DNA of 64,000 bases from Eledone cirrhosa (Eukaryota): the NCBI GenBank assembly GCA_964016885.1, contig OZ024741.1:174220001-174284000 (forward strand), written 5' to 3'. The position numbers and the translations under genes were made by a program. A model generated the notes under the pieces. That model searched no databases, had not been told where the DNA came from, and saw only the letters and a program-made list of their open reading frames with translations. This document shows positions 24,454 through 35,755 of the stretch, in pieces (the first letter of the stretch is position 1; every line of letters begins with the position of its first letter).

Positions 24454-24821
24454 TGGTAAACGGAAAAGAAAATGCTGACAAATTGTTCACAGTGAAAAAT
24501 AGTTTAATTAGGAATAAGTGAGAATTAGTAATAGTATTGGTTAGTATTCAGTTTTGGTTTTAAGTTTTACCGGTTGCGCATTTCTAATGCTTTTCAAAAA
24601 TAATTTTGAGATAGAGCGTCTGTGATGTTTGCTCTAATTAGAGCAAACATCACGGACGCTCTATCTCAAAATTATTTTTGAAAAGCATTAGAAATGCGCA
24701 ACCGGTAAAACTTAAAACCAAAACTGAATACTAACCAATACTATTACTAATTCTCACTTATTCCTAATTAAACTATTTTTCACTGTGAACAATTTGTCAG
24801 CATTTTCTTTTCCGTTTACCA
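24454..24821. repeat. 368-bp spacerless palindrome
   Basis: 184-bp arms centred at 24637/24638 (ctctaa|ttagag). One mismatch seen (24621/24654). Confidence 0.93.
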
Positions 24822-24922
24822 CAATATATCATAACTTGTGTGTTACACCTCTATTCTTTTAAATATATATATATATATATATATAATATATAAGAACAAA
24901 AGATGGTTAAAGGAGTTCCATG

Positions 24923-24993
24923 TATTTTATTATGCGCATTTCAAAAACAAATATCATCATGCAATAATATTTGCGTTTTCATCAGATAAAACA
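24923..24993 (-). ncRNA. Type I hammerhead ribozyme (family C), minus-strand copy
   Basis: Reverse complement of 25092-25162. Confidence 0.72.
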
Positions 24994-25091
24994 GGAGGAC
25001 ATGATATGAAGGCTAAAAAACACTTGTGGATAGTTCAGTTTTAAAACTGAACTATCCACAAGTGTTTTTTAGCCTTCATATCATGTCCTCC

Positions 25092-25162
25092 TGTTTTATC
25101 TGATGAAAACACAAATATTATTGCATGATGATATTTGTTTTTGAAATGCGCATAATAAAATA
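25092..25162 (+). ncRNA. Type I hammerhead ribozyme (family C)
   Basis: tgttttat CTGATGA aaacacaaatat...atatttgttttt GAAA tgcgc ATA ataaaata. It has an 8-bp stem I, a long stem II and palindromic stem III ATGCGCAT, with an AUA cleavage triplet ending at 25154. Confidence 0.72.
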
Positions 25163-25285
25163 CATGGAACTCCTTTAACCATCTTTTGTTCTTATATATT
25201 ATGTATACTCCAGTCCTACAAACTGTAGAGTGCTTCTTATCCGATATCTGCATTGCTTTATTGTACTACAATAAAACTCACCTCC

Positions 25286-25331
<46 letters not shown>

Positions 25332-26084
25332 TATATACATAAAGTATTTCTGTTATATTTGCAACATATTTGGTTCTATTCTTACTACAATAGTTATGTC
25401 TGTAAGCTATTTGAAATTTGTTTTTAATGTTAACTTTAGATATTAAAGCACATTTTCTAATCTTTTTAATATATATATATATATAAAATCAAAGAGATTG
25501 TAACAGATTTCTCAATAGTTTTAGCACCTTACATCACTTTCTGCTGCCAACTGCTGTACTTCAACAGCTTTTTATCTAAGGAGTGATTTTCTGTTAACCC
25601 TTTCATAGTATCAAATGTGTCTCTCTTTTTAACCCTTTTGTTACTACATTTCTAATGAAATGCACTATATTTGAATTAATAAATGTCGAATTTTTTAAAA
25701 ATTGGAATTTATCACTTCCAATTGCCTTTGCTTAGGTGCCTTTGAGAGATCCAGGCCAACTGGCACATATAAGTCAGCCAGAGAACACCTTCTCTATTTA
25801 AGGCTTTTAGCATCTTGACAGAGCTGTTCTGCAAGAGAATGGGTCACAGGTGGAAGATAGTGATACAGCCACCAGATATGATGGCTGGTTGCGATATAAG
25901 TGAGCAACTGCTGGACGAATAAGCAACGCCAGACCAACAGTGGTAAACTAGTAGGGAAGATGGAGCAATCGGTGACACCTGTAGCTCCCAAGAAAGCTCT
26001 CACAACGCAGTGACATAGCTATGACAAGGCAAGTAAAGGCTGCCTCTAAAAAGGCCTAGTCTACGTGGGTTTGAGAGTAGTACC

Positions 26085-26430
26085 AGATGTAATTAAGACT
26101 GAGTCATATATCCTCATAGGAGACTTCAATGCACATGTTGGCACTGACCACCTGGCATGGAAAAGAATGACTGGTAAGGATGGTGACCCCGATCTAAATA
26201 CGAATGAAGAGGACTTCTGTTCCAGCAATGGGCTGTCTATTATGAATACCTTCTTCCAGCACAGAGACGTTCATAAATATACATGGTATAATGGGAATCG
26301 GGGACAGAGATTAATAATTGATTTTGTTATTGTCTCTGATCTCTTTGATTCTCTGCTGGATGTTCATGTTAAGAGAGGAGCTGAGCTGTCAACTGATCAC
26401 CATCTAGTTAACTGCAACTTGAGACTACCT
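26085..26430 (+). pseudogene. LINE (RTE-like) AP-endonuclease fragment
   Basis: GDFNAHVG, NTFFQH...KYTW, IDFV and STDHHLV motifs, with no RT downstream. Confidence 0.8.
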
Positions 26431-26553
26431 AAAGCCACAGAAGCCACAAAACTGGCAGGTACAGGGCGACCTATAGGATAAAGTGAAAAGAATGAAAAAG
26501 GGCCGAGATGTTTTATTTGTGAAATATATATTTCCATTATTACTACACATACA

Positions 26554-26585
<32 letters not shown>

Positions 26586-27524
26586 CCATTGAACATCTAT
26601 TTTTCCTTGCTAGCATGGGTCATGGGTTAGATGAGTTGTCCCATTGTGAGACAAGCCAGATCAGACAGATGACTGTGTAGTGCTCATACAGAACTGTTTC
26701 TGGTGTGGTTTCTATGGCTAGATGCCCTCCCTGATGCCAACCACACACAGACAGACATACACACACACACGCACATACATACATACATACATATCTGAGT
26801 GTGTGATTATGAAAATATGCAATTATGTGTGTATATATATATATATTATATATATATAGCCAGAAACTGTCCAATATGAGCGAGACACGGTCATCCGACC
26901 CAACTTGCCTCTAAATGGGACAAACCCGTCTAACCCATGCTAGTGTAGAAGATCGACGTTAAACGATGATGATGATATATACTTATATACCATATTCTAA
27001 TAAATACATATTCATAAGATGTGCATACCTTTGAGCCTATATTTGCTGATTGACAGTTGCTACGGCAATGAAAATAGATATAAATAAGATATTCTAATAC
27101 AACCAGATAACCACAAAATGGAAATATCACTCCGCTGGCTGGATTCCTAAACTATTATATGTTCAGCTTTTCTCATTCATATTGAAGTAATAAGACATGA
27201 AGCAATTAAATCAGTTATCACTTAGCTACAAGACATATATGACAATTCAATTGAAGAACATTGTTGATGAACTTGAATGTTGCAGAAGTAGAACAAATTT
27301 CATTTGCTGAGAAGTTTTACAAAGGTTAACATAGCAAAATTTACACATAGTTAGCAAAACAATATATACACATCTGAAGAAGTTTGTGTTAAATTATGAC
27401 AGACTTAATACTTGGCGGTAGATTTAATCCCCAAGTGGTAGACTTAATCTTGGGGTAGGTGGGGGTCAGGTTAGACAATTTGGGATGGTTGATTTAATCT
27501 TGCATATTAGATTCTATTTTATAA

Positions 27525-27750
27525 TAATGGTTTCTTATATAGGCACAAGGCCAGCAACTTTGGGAGAGGGGAAAGTCGATTAAATCGACACCAGTGCGTG
27601 ACTAGTACTTTATTTTATCGACCCCGACCCTGTAAGGATAAAAGGCAAAGTTAACCTCGGCGGAATTTGAACTCAGATCATAAAGGGCCGTAACTCTGCT
27701 GCAAAGCATGTTGTCCGACACCCTACCAATACTGCCAATCCACTGCCCTC
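27525..27750 (-). mobile_element. tRNA-derived SINE
   Basis: Reverse complement of the SINE core (TACTTTATTTTATCGACCCC...AAAGGCAAAG...GATTTGAAC-like). Confidence 0.7.
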
Positions 27751-28321
27751 ATTCTATCTTATAATAATGCTTTAATAATAATAATAATAATAATAATGAA
27801 ATTATTGTGTACAGTGCTCAGGTGCACTATAACTTGTCAAAGGTGCATGTATAGTACATAGAATAATGTACAAATGTCAGGAAAGTGAAAAGTATATGAG
27901 TCATGATACACCTTTGTGCATGTGTATGGAGGTGGGATATCAGGGGTAGTGTTGGCGAATTTCAGGAAGCATGGAGGTTTTACAGGTTGCAGTGTCTTGG
28001 TAGCTAACAATGATGCAGGTAGTTAGTGGTAAATTTAATCTTGCAAGGGTGGGGGTGACAATTTTGAGTGGCAGATTTAATCTTACATATTAGATTTCAT
28101 CTTAAGTAGAAGCCTTAATCTTGGAAGGGGTAATATTACTTTCTTAAGTGATAGATTTTATCTTGTACATGAAATTTCCTACGTTAAAACAGTATAAACA
28201 TTTGAAAGTTGAAAAATATATGGTTAAATTCCAATATTATCTGGTGTTTAAATATCTAGTCTTCAAATTTACTCCAACATTTGATATCAAAATCTATGTG
28301 TCCTATACATTAAAGGTATGA

Positions 28322-28352
<31 letters not shown>

Positions 28353-28594
28353 GTTTTCTTTATTAACCACAAGGGTTCACATAAAGTAGACATTAAGGAC
28401 AGTACAGGACAATACAGGACGGTACAAATGGGCATTTCTGCGTGTAAAAAAAACAGGTTGAAATAAAATAACAAAGAAAAATTCCCCAATAGGGGGGAGA
28501 CTTCCAAGGGACATTTGTGGAGAAAGCCCATTAAAAGACCACAGTGGCCCTGACCACCAGGGCAAGTGCCCTCTCCCAGTTTTCCACATTTAAT

Positions 28595-31500
28595 TTACAG
28601 ACACATACTCAGAGAAAGCCCATTCATTCGGGCCATACTTGCTTCTCTCACCCATCTTTCAACAAAATGCTGGGAAGAGAGCACTTCCCTCTCTACCCTG
28701 ATTTTCCTTTTCAAATGAAATTTGAAAAAGTTAATCAGGGCATCACCGAAGAGGTAAGTGCTCGTCTTCAGCCCTTTCAAACGTGTCCACCATACTATCT
28801 CTTTCGCCATGGCCACCAGACAGATAAAAACTGCCTGCCCTTCCAGGCTAAAAGAAGGGGGCGGGGCAATCCTCACGATGGACTCAGCTGATAGCTGGAT
28901 AGGTCCTACACGTGACAGCAGGTGTTCGACATAAACCCACAAGTCAGCAATGCTCGGACACTGGACGAGTGCGTGCAGGACGATTTCGTCGCCCTGCGCG
29001 CATCTCGGACATGCCCGGCTGACGGCACCTCCATGCCTGTAGAGTTTATCCCGAACTGGCAAAGCTCCTCGGTAGCACTGCCAGGCCAGGGATTTCTGGA
29101 AGTTGTCCATAGGCCCCGGCCCGAAAGTCCTTCCGAAGAGATTGGCTAGTTGATTTTCGTCGACGCCTAGAGTTTCTCCAAGTACGTCGTCGCTCTTCCC
29201 CTCCACTAATCCCCTATAGAACGCCAAGGTGGAGTTTCCACCGATCACATTGCCCGATTGGTCGAGGGCTGTGAGCGCCTGAAGACATTCCAGTCTCCAA
29301 GCGCTCCCTCTCGGTCTTCGCTTGACCCAGGACTGCAGCTCCGTCAAGGAGACGAGCTGGGGAAAAACGCGTCTTGCAAACGGCGACCACACCTGATCAC
29401 CGTCGAGGAAGAGGTGGAGATGTCGTAGCCTGAGCGCGTGTCTGCGCATCATCAGCCACGGCATGCCCAGCCCTCCACGTAGCGGGTGTTGACAGCAGAT
29501 GGACCGCCTGACCATCGGAACGCGTCCCTTCCACAAGAAGCGAAAGAGCAAACGCTCCAACGCAGTCAGGCGGGGCTTAGGACAAGGTACAACGGTCAGG
29601 CAGTAGTAGATGACGGATGCGATGTACGCATTCGCCACCTCCGCTCGACCTTTCAGGGATAGCTTCCTCTCGGCCCATTTCTGGGTGAGAGAAGCCACCC
29701 TGCTCGTCACCTCGTCCCAGTTTTTGTCCGTCTGGAGGTCTGGACCGAACCAGACCCCTAGCAATTTAACCGGTCCGTCCGTCCAGCGCCCGACGACGCT
29801 GTTGGACGGCATGGACCTGCCTCTCCAGGTGGCGAGCTGCAGGCCCACTGACTTTTCCTGGTTGATCATTGCTCCTGTCACCGCTTCGTATTCTCTTAGT
29901 GTAGTGCCGATCGCCTCGATGTGTTTGGCATTCGACACCACTACGGTGACATCGTCGGCATATGCTGACACGGATCTTCCGCATCCTAGTTCGCGCGGGA
30001 CCCCCCTCAACGTCTCCAGTTTGTGCAGTAATGGCTCGAGAGTCAATACGTACAATAGGGACGAGAGGGGACATCCTTGGCGGACCGAGCGCATGATGTT
30101 GAACGGTTCCGAAAGGTGACCGTTCACTCTCACTACAGAGCAGATGTCGCTGTGCATGGCAGCGATCCAGCCTCTGAAGACGGGCCCAAAGCCAGCCGCC
30201 CTCAGGACTGCCGCTAGGTAACGATGGTCGACCCTATCGAAGGCTTTCAACTGATCTAAATTGATCAAAGACCCACCCGTGCCAGGTTCCCTAGCTACCC
30301 TCTCTACGATGTATCGCATGAGGTGGAGGTTGTCGTGGATGGATCTGTCGGGAATGGCGCATGTCTGTGCCTCTCCCACCAGACCACCAACGACAAGCGC
30401 CAACCTCTTTGCTAGCACCTTGGCCAAAATCTTGAACTCTGTGTTTAGCAGAGTTATGGGCCTAAAATTATCTATGTTATCCCCCTTGTTCGGATCCTTT
30501 CTCAGCAGCGCCACCGCTCCTCGGCTCACAGAGCTGGGAATTCTCCCGTTCTGTTGCCAGTTGCAGTAGACGTCCGCCAAGAGGCCTCCGAACAAGTTTG
30601 GCATTTGTACGTAAAGTTCATAGGGCAGACCATCCAAACCAGGCGATTTACCCCTTGTGCAACTAGTCATTGCATCCCGTACTTCAGCGGTTGTTATCGG
30701 CTTTTCGCAACACTCCGCCTCAGTGGCCGAAAGCCGCGGCAGTCCGTCGAGGTAGACACTAAAGTCCATCCCTCGATCCGGCCCGCCACTGCCCCCGAAC
30801 AGTTGAGCGAAGTGTCGCTGAAAAGCTTCACACATTTGCCCGGGATCGAGTAGCATGCGCCCGTCGTGGTCCACAATAGACCGGATCGTGGCTTTGTTGC
30901 CACGACGCGCCTCCGCCACTCGGGCCCATTGAACGGCTTTCGTCCCCTCGTGTCTGAGAGCACGCACCCTAGCTCTGACAACGCAGCCTTCGTGCTTTGC
31001 ATTGAAGAATTGGTCAAGGGCCAATTTCGCCGCAAGTACGTCGGTCGCGATGCCTTTGCTAAGCGCCTCATCTAATTTTCTAACTAGTTCTCCCTCTGCT
31101 CTATTTTTCTCTATTGCTAAAGTCTTACTAAACCTAATGGACTCTATTCTAATTGCTCTTTTCAGAGCAAACCACCACTTGTTGTTGACGATGGCCCCCG
31201 TCAATGCCCGCTTAACTAGTTCGCTAATCCGGTCTCTGTAGGCCTTGCGCGCTGGTAAGGATGCGTTTAGCTTCCAGTAGCCGGGTCCTCGTCTATGAAG
31301 CCTATCTAAGTCAAGCATACAGATCACGAATTTGTGGTCCGTGTAGCTGACTATCTTGAATTGTGGACAGCCTATGCTAGACCTATCTATTTCCCTACAA
31401 AATACTCTATCTAGATATGATCTGGATGACCCTATGCGATTTGTCCAAGTCCACATTGGTACATTCGGGAAATCCATTCGGTACCTGTCAGACAGTTCAA

Positions 31501-32014
31501 AACGTCTGAGCAGGTTGGTGAGACTCTTGCACCCTCCTTCCCTATCCACTAATCCCACACAATCCCAGCGTGCATCTAAGATCCCGTTCCAGTCGCCCAC
31601 TAACACTAAAGAGCGGGACGTTCCAAGAAAGGTCTCCAGACGCCGGAAGAAATCAGGCCGCCCTGCTCCTGTCGGGGCATAGACGGCCACTAACCTGAAA
31701 GCTTGCCCGTCTCCGCTGGTCACGTCCAGCACCACCAACTTACCTTCTGGGTCCAGGAAGATGGCCCGTATGGCAAGATCCAAACCTCTCCGAAAAAGCA
31801 CAGCAACTCCTCCCCCCGATCCCGGACGGCTGGGAGATGCGTACACATCGTAGCCGCCGAAGATCGGTGCGAAAGCCTGTGCCTCGGAGATTCTGGTCTC
31901 GCTGATGGCCACTACATCTATGTTTAGTGACCTGAGGTCGTTGAGCAGGTGGCCCTGCTTCCATGACGACCCCAAGCCACGTGCATTTATGCTGCCTATT
32001 CTGAGTGAGGTCAT
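28595..32014 (-). CDS. LINE ORF2: AP endonuclease, reverse transcriptase and C-terminal Cys/His domain
   Basis: 1139 aa, uninterrupted: SINARGL, ISET, VYAP, GDWN, LDR, TDH (EN); KSPGLDG, FRPITLLN, KAFD, QGCPLS, YADD (RT); CPRC...H...C. Confidence 0.95.
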   Translation of the reverse strand: MTSLRIGSINARGLGSSWKQGHLLNDLRSLNIDVVAISETRISEAQAFAPIFGGYDVYASPSRPGSGGGVAVLFRRGLDLAIRAIFLDPEGKLVVLDVTSGDGQAFRLVAVYAPTGAGRPDFFRRLETFLGTSRSLVLVGDWNGILDARWDCVGLVDREGGCKSLTNLLRRFELSDRYRMDFPNVPMWTWTNRIGSSRSYLDRVFCREIDRSSIGCPQFKIVSYTDHKFVICMLDLDRLHRRGPGYWKLNASLPARKAYRDRISELVKRALTGAIVNNKWWFALKRAIRIESIRFSKTLAIEKNRAEGELVRKLDEALSKGIATDVLAAKLALDQFFNAKHEGCVVRARVRALRHEGTKAVQWARVAEARRGNKATIRSIVDHDGRMLLDPGQMCEAFQRHFAQLFGGSGGPDRGMDFSVYLDGLPRLSATEAECCEKPITTAEVRDAMTSCTRGKSPGLDGLPYELYVQMPNLFGGLLADVYCNWQQNGRIPSSVSRGAVALLRKDPNKGDNIDNFRPITLLNTEFKILAKVLAKRLALVVGGLVGEAQTCAIPDRSIHDNLHLMRYIVERVAREPGTGGSLINLDQLKAFDRVDHRYLAAVLRAAGFGPVFRGWIAAMHSDICSVVRVNGHLSEPFNIMRSVRQGCPLSSLLYVLTLEPLLHKLETLRGVPRELGCGRSVSAYADDVTVVVSNAKHIEAIGTTLREYEAVTGAMINQEKSVGLQLATWRGRSMPSNSVVGRWTDGPVKLLGVWFGPDLQTDKNWDEVTSRVASLTQKWAERKLSLKGRAEVANAYIASVIYYCLTVVPCPKPRLTALERLLFRFLWKGRVPMVRRSICCQHPLRGGLGMPWLMMRRHALRLRHLHLFLDGDQVWSPFARRVFPQLVSLTELQSWVKRRPRGSAWRLECLQALTALDQSGNVIGGNSTLAFYRGLVEGKSDDVLGETLGVDENQLANLFGRTFGPGPMDNFQKSLAWQCYRGALPVRDKLYRHGGAVSRACPRCAQGDEIVLHALVQCPSIADLWVYVEHLLSRVGPIQLSAESIVRIAPPPSFSLEGQAVFICLVAMAKEIVWWTRLKGLKTSTYLFGDALINFFKFHLKRKIRVEREVLSSQHFVERWVREASMARMNGLSLSMCL

Positions 32015-32048
32015 GTTGAAAAGGAGTGGAAAAGATGGGAAAGACCAC

Positions 32049-34035
32049 TTACCTTACTTCTCGTAGGGGAAGGACGGCTTTTCCATCCTTTTCACTGCTT
32101 GTGGCCTCCTCAGGAAGGATGTCCTTATAAATCCTCCTGGAGAGTGCTTGTCGGAAGTCTCCGATGTCTTTGGGGAATTTTTGTTTTAGTGTCATGTACG
32201 TTTTCTGTGTGATGCGAGTGATTTGTATGTGTGGAGGTGGTGTGAATTTTGGGGTTGTTGTGTAGTCTTTTTCTGTGATGCTGGTGTTGTGTTGGATGTA
32301 GTGTAATAATTGCTTGTTGTTCAAATTTAATGCTGTGTAGTGTGTATCGTTTTGGTTGTTTTGTTTTGTTTGCGTTTGTTGTGGGTTTGTTTCTGTTTCG
32401 CATTTTGGTGACTTTTGTGGTGTAGGTGATGGTGGTGTTGGAGTTAATGATGGTGATGGTGTTGGTGTTTGGGTTGATGGGGTTGGTGATGCTGGTGTGG
32501 ATGGTGGCATATCTGTCCTAACTTTTTTATTTCTTAGTTTATTTGTTTCCCTCTGTATTTTGTTTTTGGAGGGGGAAGGAAGAGAATTTTTTCTTTTTTG
32601 GTTTCTTTTTTTTTTTTCCGGATATCGTTTCCCACTCCTCGTCGTCACAATCTGTCTCCAGTTGTGATAGGCCGGGGAGTGGAAAATCCTCCACAGCCGT
32701 TAGTTTTGGTTGTGGTGTGGTGGATGGTGTAGGCGCTGGTGCTAGTTCTGAAGCGTTGGGTGGTGGTGGTGTTGGTTTTGCTGGTGGTGGTAGTGGTGTT
32801 GGTTTTGCTACTGTTGCTGGGGTTGTTGCTGTTATAGTTGCTTCTGTTGTTGCTGCTACAGTTGTTGCTGCCATCTCTGCTACTGGTGGTGTTGATGGTT
32901 GTGTCACTGGGGTGGGTAGGAGAGGTGGCCTCAACCTTTTAGCCTGAGGGCAGAAAGCCCTTAGGTGGGTTCCTTCACCACAAACGACACACCTAGGTCG
33001 TCTGCCCTCGACAATTACCGTGAGGTGGCTGCCGTCAGTGAGGTCTATTACCTCTGGGATCTCCTCAATGCTTTTTTGGTCCGCTTGGATCAGGAGCTCC
33101 ATCCCAGATCCGGACCAGTTTTCCTGCTTTTCTTTTGCTACTGCTATTATTTTCGTGTTGGCTTCGATGCCGGCGAGGACAGCCGCTATTAGCCAGGGAA
33201 TTTCGATGGCCGGTGGAACGTGGGTCACCCTGACCTTTACGAGTCTCTGGCCACAATAGCTTGGGACGAGTGTGAGGTCGTCACTTTTTAATGGGGCCAT
33301 GGAGTGTTCTCTAGCCTCCTCTGGTGTTTCAAAGAACACATCCACGGTCCCATACTTTTGCCCACGTCTGATGTGGGTTTTTCTTGCCCACACATGTCCC
33401 AAAGCTTTTTGGATTTGGGACTCGGATGCCCGTTCCACTCGGCGCGATTTTACATTTATTGTTCTATACGACACGGTGCACAGGCGCCGATGCTCCATTT
33501 TATTAGGTGGGGGGGTGAGGCTGACCCTGTACCCATCTTTCTTTACCATTTGTTTGGCATTTTCTAAATCTTCTTGAGTTACCGTGAACGCTTCGAATTG
33601 TTTTGCTACGATGGCGAAACTGAGGGTCGGTTTTATAATGTCATTGTTGTTGTTGTTGCTATCGTTAATATTAATTTTAGTTTCAGTTGTGGTGTTGGTG
33701 ACGTCAGTCGTCTTTGGTGCGGAAGAGTCCATTTTGCTTGATTTCATTTCGACATCACGAGTTAATTTATTTTTTTCTTCTTTTGTTTCTGTTGTCGCGG
33801 TGGTGGTGGGGGTGGTGGTTGTCGCGGTGGTGGTGGTGGTGGAGGCTTTAACACCTGCAGTCATTGGTAATGGCGGGAAATGAATGTCTGCCTGAGACAA
33901 ATTTAAAATATTGCTACTGCTTATATTTTTTTTTGTGTTGGCAAACGTAGTAACATTTACAATGGTGGTGTCGGTGTGAGGTGTTATTTTGTGAGGAAGG
34001 CTTTCAGCTGCTTCGTGCAGAGGGGAATTAGCCAT
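32049..34035 (-). CDS. LINE ORF1 (CCHC zinc knuckle, Thr/Pro-rich), split by an apparent frameshift in an A-run near 32606-32617
   Basis: ORF 34035-32539 contains CVVCGEGTHLRAFC. The overlapping ORF 32648-32049 continues to just before ORF2. Confidence 0.75.
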
Positions 34036-34243
34036 TTTTTTTCAAAGAAATTTTTGGATAATAATAAAAGTTAAAATTTTGGGCACAAGGCCCCAATCTT
34101 TTTGGGTGTCCTTTTCGGAAAACAATGTATGTGTGCTTATAAACAGTTAACAATAAAATTTTCCATAAATGGCAATTTTTAACAAACGGAAATAACAAAC
34201 CTTTGCGGAGCTCACGATGATACGATTTACTACGTAGGTCGCC

Positions 34244-34274
<31 letters not shown>

Positions 34275-34276
<2 letters not shown>

Positions 34277-34465
34277 TGTTTCTACTTTTAGGCACAAGGC
34301 CAGCAATTACCCAGTATGTTACTGGTACTTTATTTTATCGACCCCGTAAGGATGAAAGGCAAAGTTAACTTCGGCGGGATTTGAACTCAGAATGGCAAGG
34401 GCCGTAACTCTATGCGTCAAAGCATGGCGACCGACCCTCTACCGATACTGCCAATCCACCTGCCG
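34275..34465 (-). mobile_element. tRNA-derived SINE whose (TTA)n tail abuts the LINE 5' end
   Basis: Reverse complement of the 8208-8393 family. Confidence 0.75.
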
Positions 34466-34512
34466 CAATAATAATAATAATAATCTATATTATTCCACAA
34501 TGTTTCAACATT

Positions 34513-35178
34513 ATCATCATCATCATCATCATCATTTTATGTCCGCTTTTCCCTGCTTGCAAGGGTTGGACGGGTCCTATTCAGCACAGCATCTCTCCAC
34601 TTATCACGATCCTTCTTCATCTCCTCGGTGAGTTTCAGCGATCAGAGGTCTGCTCTCACCACCTCCGCCCATGTTTTACGTGGTCTACCTCTTCTGCGTC
34701 TTCCTTCTACTGGGATTTCTTGTCACTTCTTTACCCAGCGGTCATCCTCCATGCGCATCACATGTAAATACCATCTCAGCCTTCTCTCCTGCACACCACA
34801 ACTTATCCCTCTTATACCCAGTTTCTTTCTCAACTCATCCATGCTTGGTCATTCACGCACATTGACATTGCACATCCAACGGAGCATACTTGCTTCATTT
34901 CTCTCCAGCCGTCGCATATCCTCTGCAGTTGCCGCCTATGTCTCGCTACCATGCAGCATCGCGCATCTCACACTGGTATCATATAACCATCCTTTCGTAT
35001 GCAGGGAGAAACCCTTCTTTGTCAACAAAGGAAGCAGCTCCCTAAACTTCTTCCAACCCATCCTTATTCTAGATACTATGGTCTTGGAACACCCCCCCTC
35101 CCATGCTAATCTGATCACCTAGGTACCGGAAGCTATCAAACACTTCTATAGAACCCACCTGCATTGGAAAAATGTGTC
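34513..35178 (-). mobile_element. 5'-truncated RTE LINE
   Basis: Encodes ...SRIRMGWKKFRELLPLL...MLHGSET, parallels 49823-50480, and has a (TGA)n tail. Confidence 0.85.
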
Positions 35179-35488
35179 AATATATATTTATATTATACAC
35201 AAGTCATGTATAAGTATAGCCATATATTATCTTCAATGGCATCAATATCTCTGGTCTTGAAAGGCATATGAAGGCCGTGGGCACTGGCCCTGCCTCTATA
35301 TCTACCAAGTAAAAGAAAAAAGAATAAAAAGACAATTATAAAATAGTTTAATGACATAATGATAATACTGTACAATGATATGACAGCATAGTGGTATAAT
35401 GACATTATGTTTGTTTTGTATATTAATGTCTATGGTGTAATGAGAATGTTTGTCTTGTAAATTAATGTTTAATTGTTCTTTGATATAT

Positions 35489-35563
35489 TCATGTTTCCCA
35501 TTCCATTGCTTTTACAAACTCTTCTTCGGTGAAAGATAACATCTTTGAGGCTTCAATATGCAT
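35489..35563 (-). CDS. TEX9: Testis-expressed protein 9, last coding exon
   Basis: tttccag|MHIEASKMLSFTEEEFVKAMEWET*, matching the conserved TEX9 C-terminus as I recall it. Phase 0 fits the previous exon. Confidence 0.9.
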   Translation of the reverse strand: MHIEASKMLSFTEEEFVKAMEWET

Positions 35564-35755
35564 CTGGAAATAATATATATATATTAAGTTAATCATATTT
35601 GAAATACTGGAATTTTTGTTAACATGCTGACACATGTATGAGTATATAGTTATAGACGTGCAAACACCCACACACTTACAAAAATAAGTCGCTCAAATTT
35701 ATATATAGATTGTACACACAAGTGTAATGAATGTTAGATGCTGTTTTCTGTAATT

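Larger units (their letters stand above)
24883..25202. repeat. 320-bp spacerless palindrome carrying two hammerhead motifs
   Basis: 160-bp arms centred at 25042/25043 (cagtttt|aaaactg). One mismatch seen (24974/25111). Confidence 0.93.
28353..34243 (-). mobile_element. Full-length two-ORF non-LTR retrotransposon, Tx1/L1 group
   Basis: 5' UTR, ORF1 with zinc knuckle, intact ORF2, and 3' UTR with AATAAA. Flanked on both sides by (AAT)n (28326-28352, 34244-34276). Confidence 0.9.

Noticed and set aside
28922-33883. Plus-strand ORFs overlapping the LINE (likewise those antisense to the Gypsy, Helitron and RTE ORFs)
   Set aside because: Antisense shadows of real coding frames with no independent motifs.
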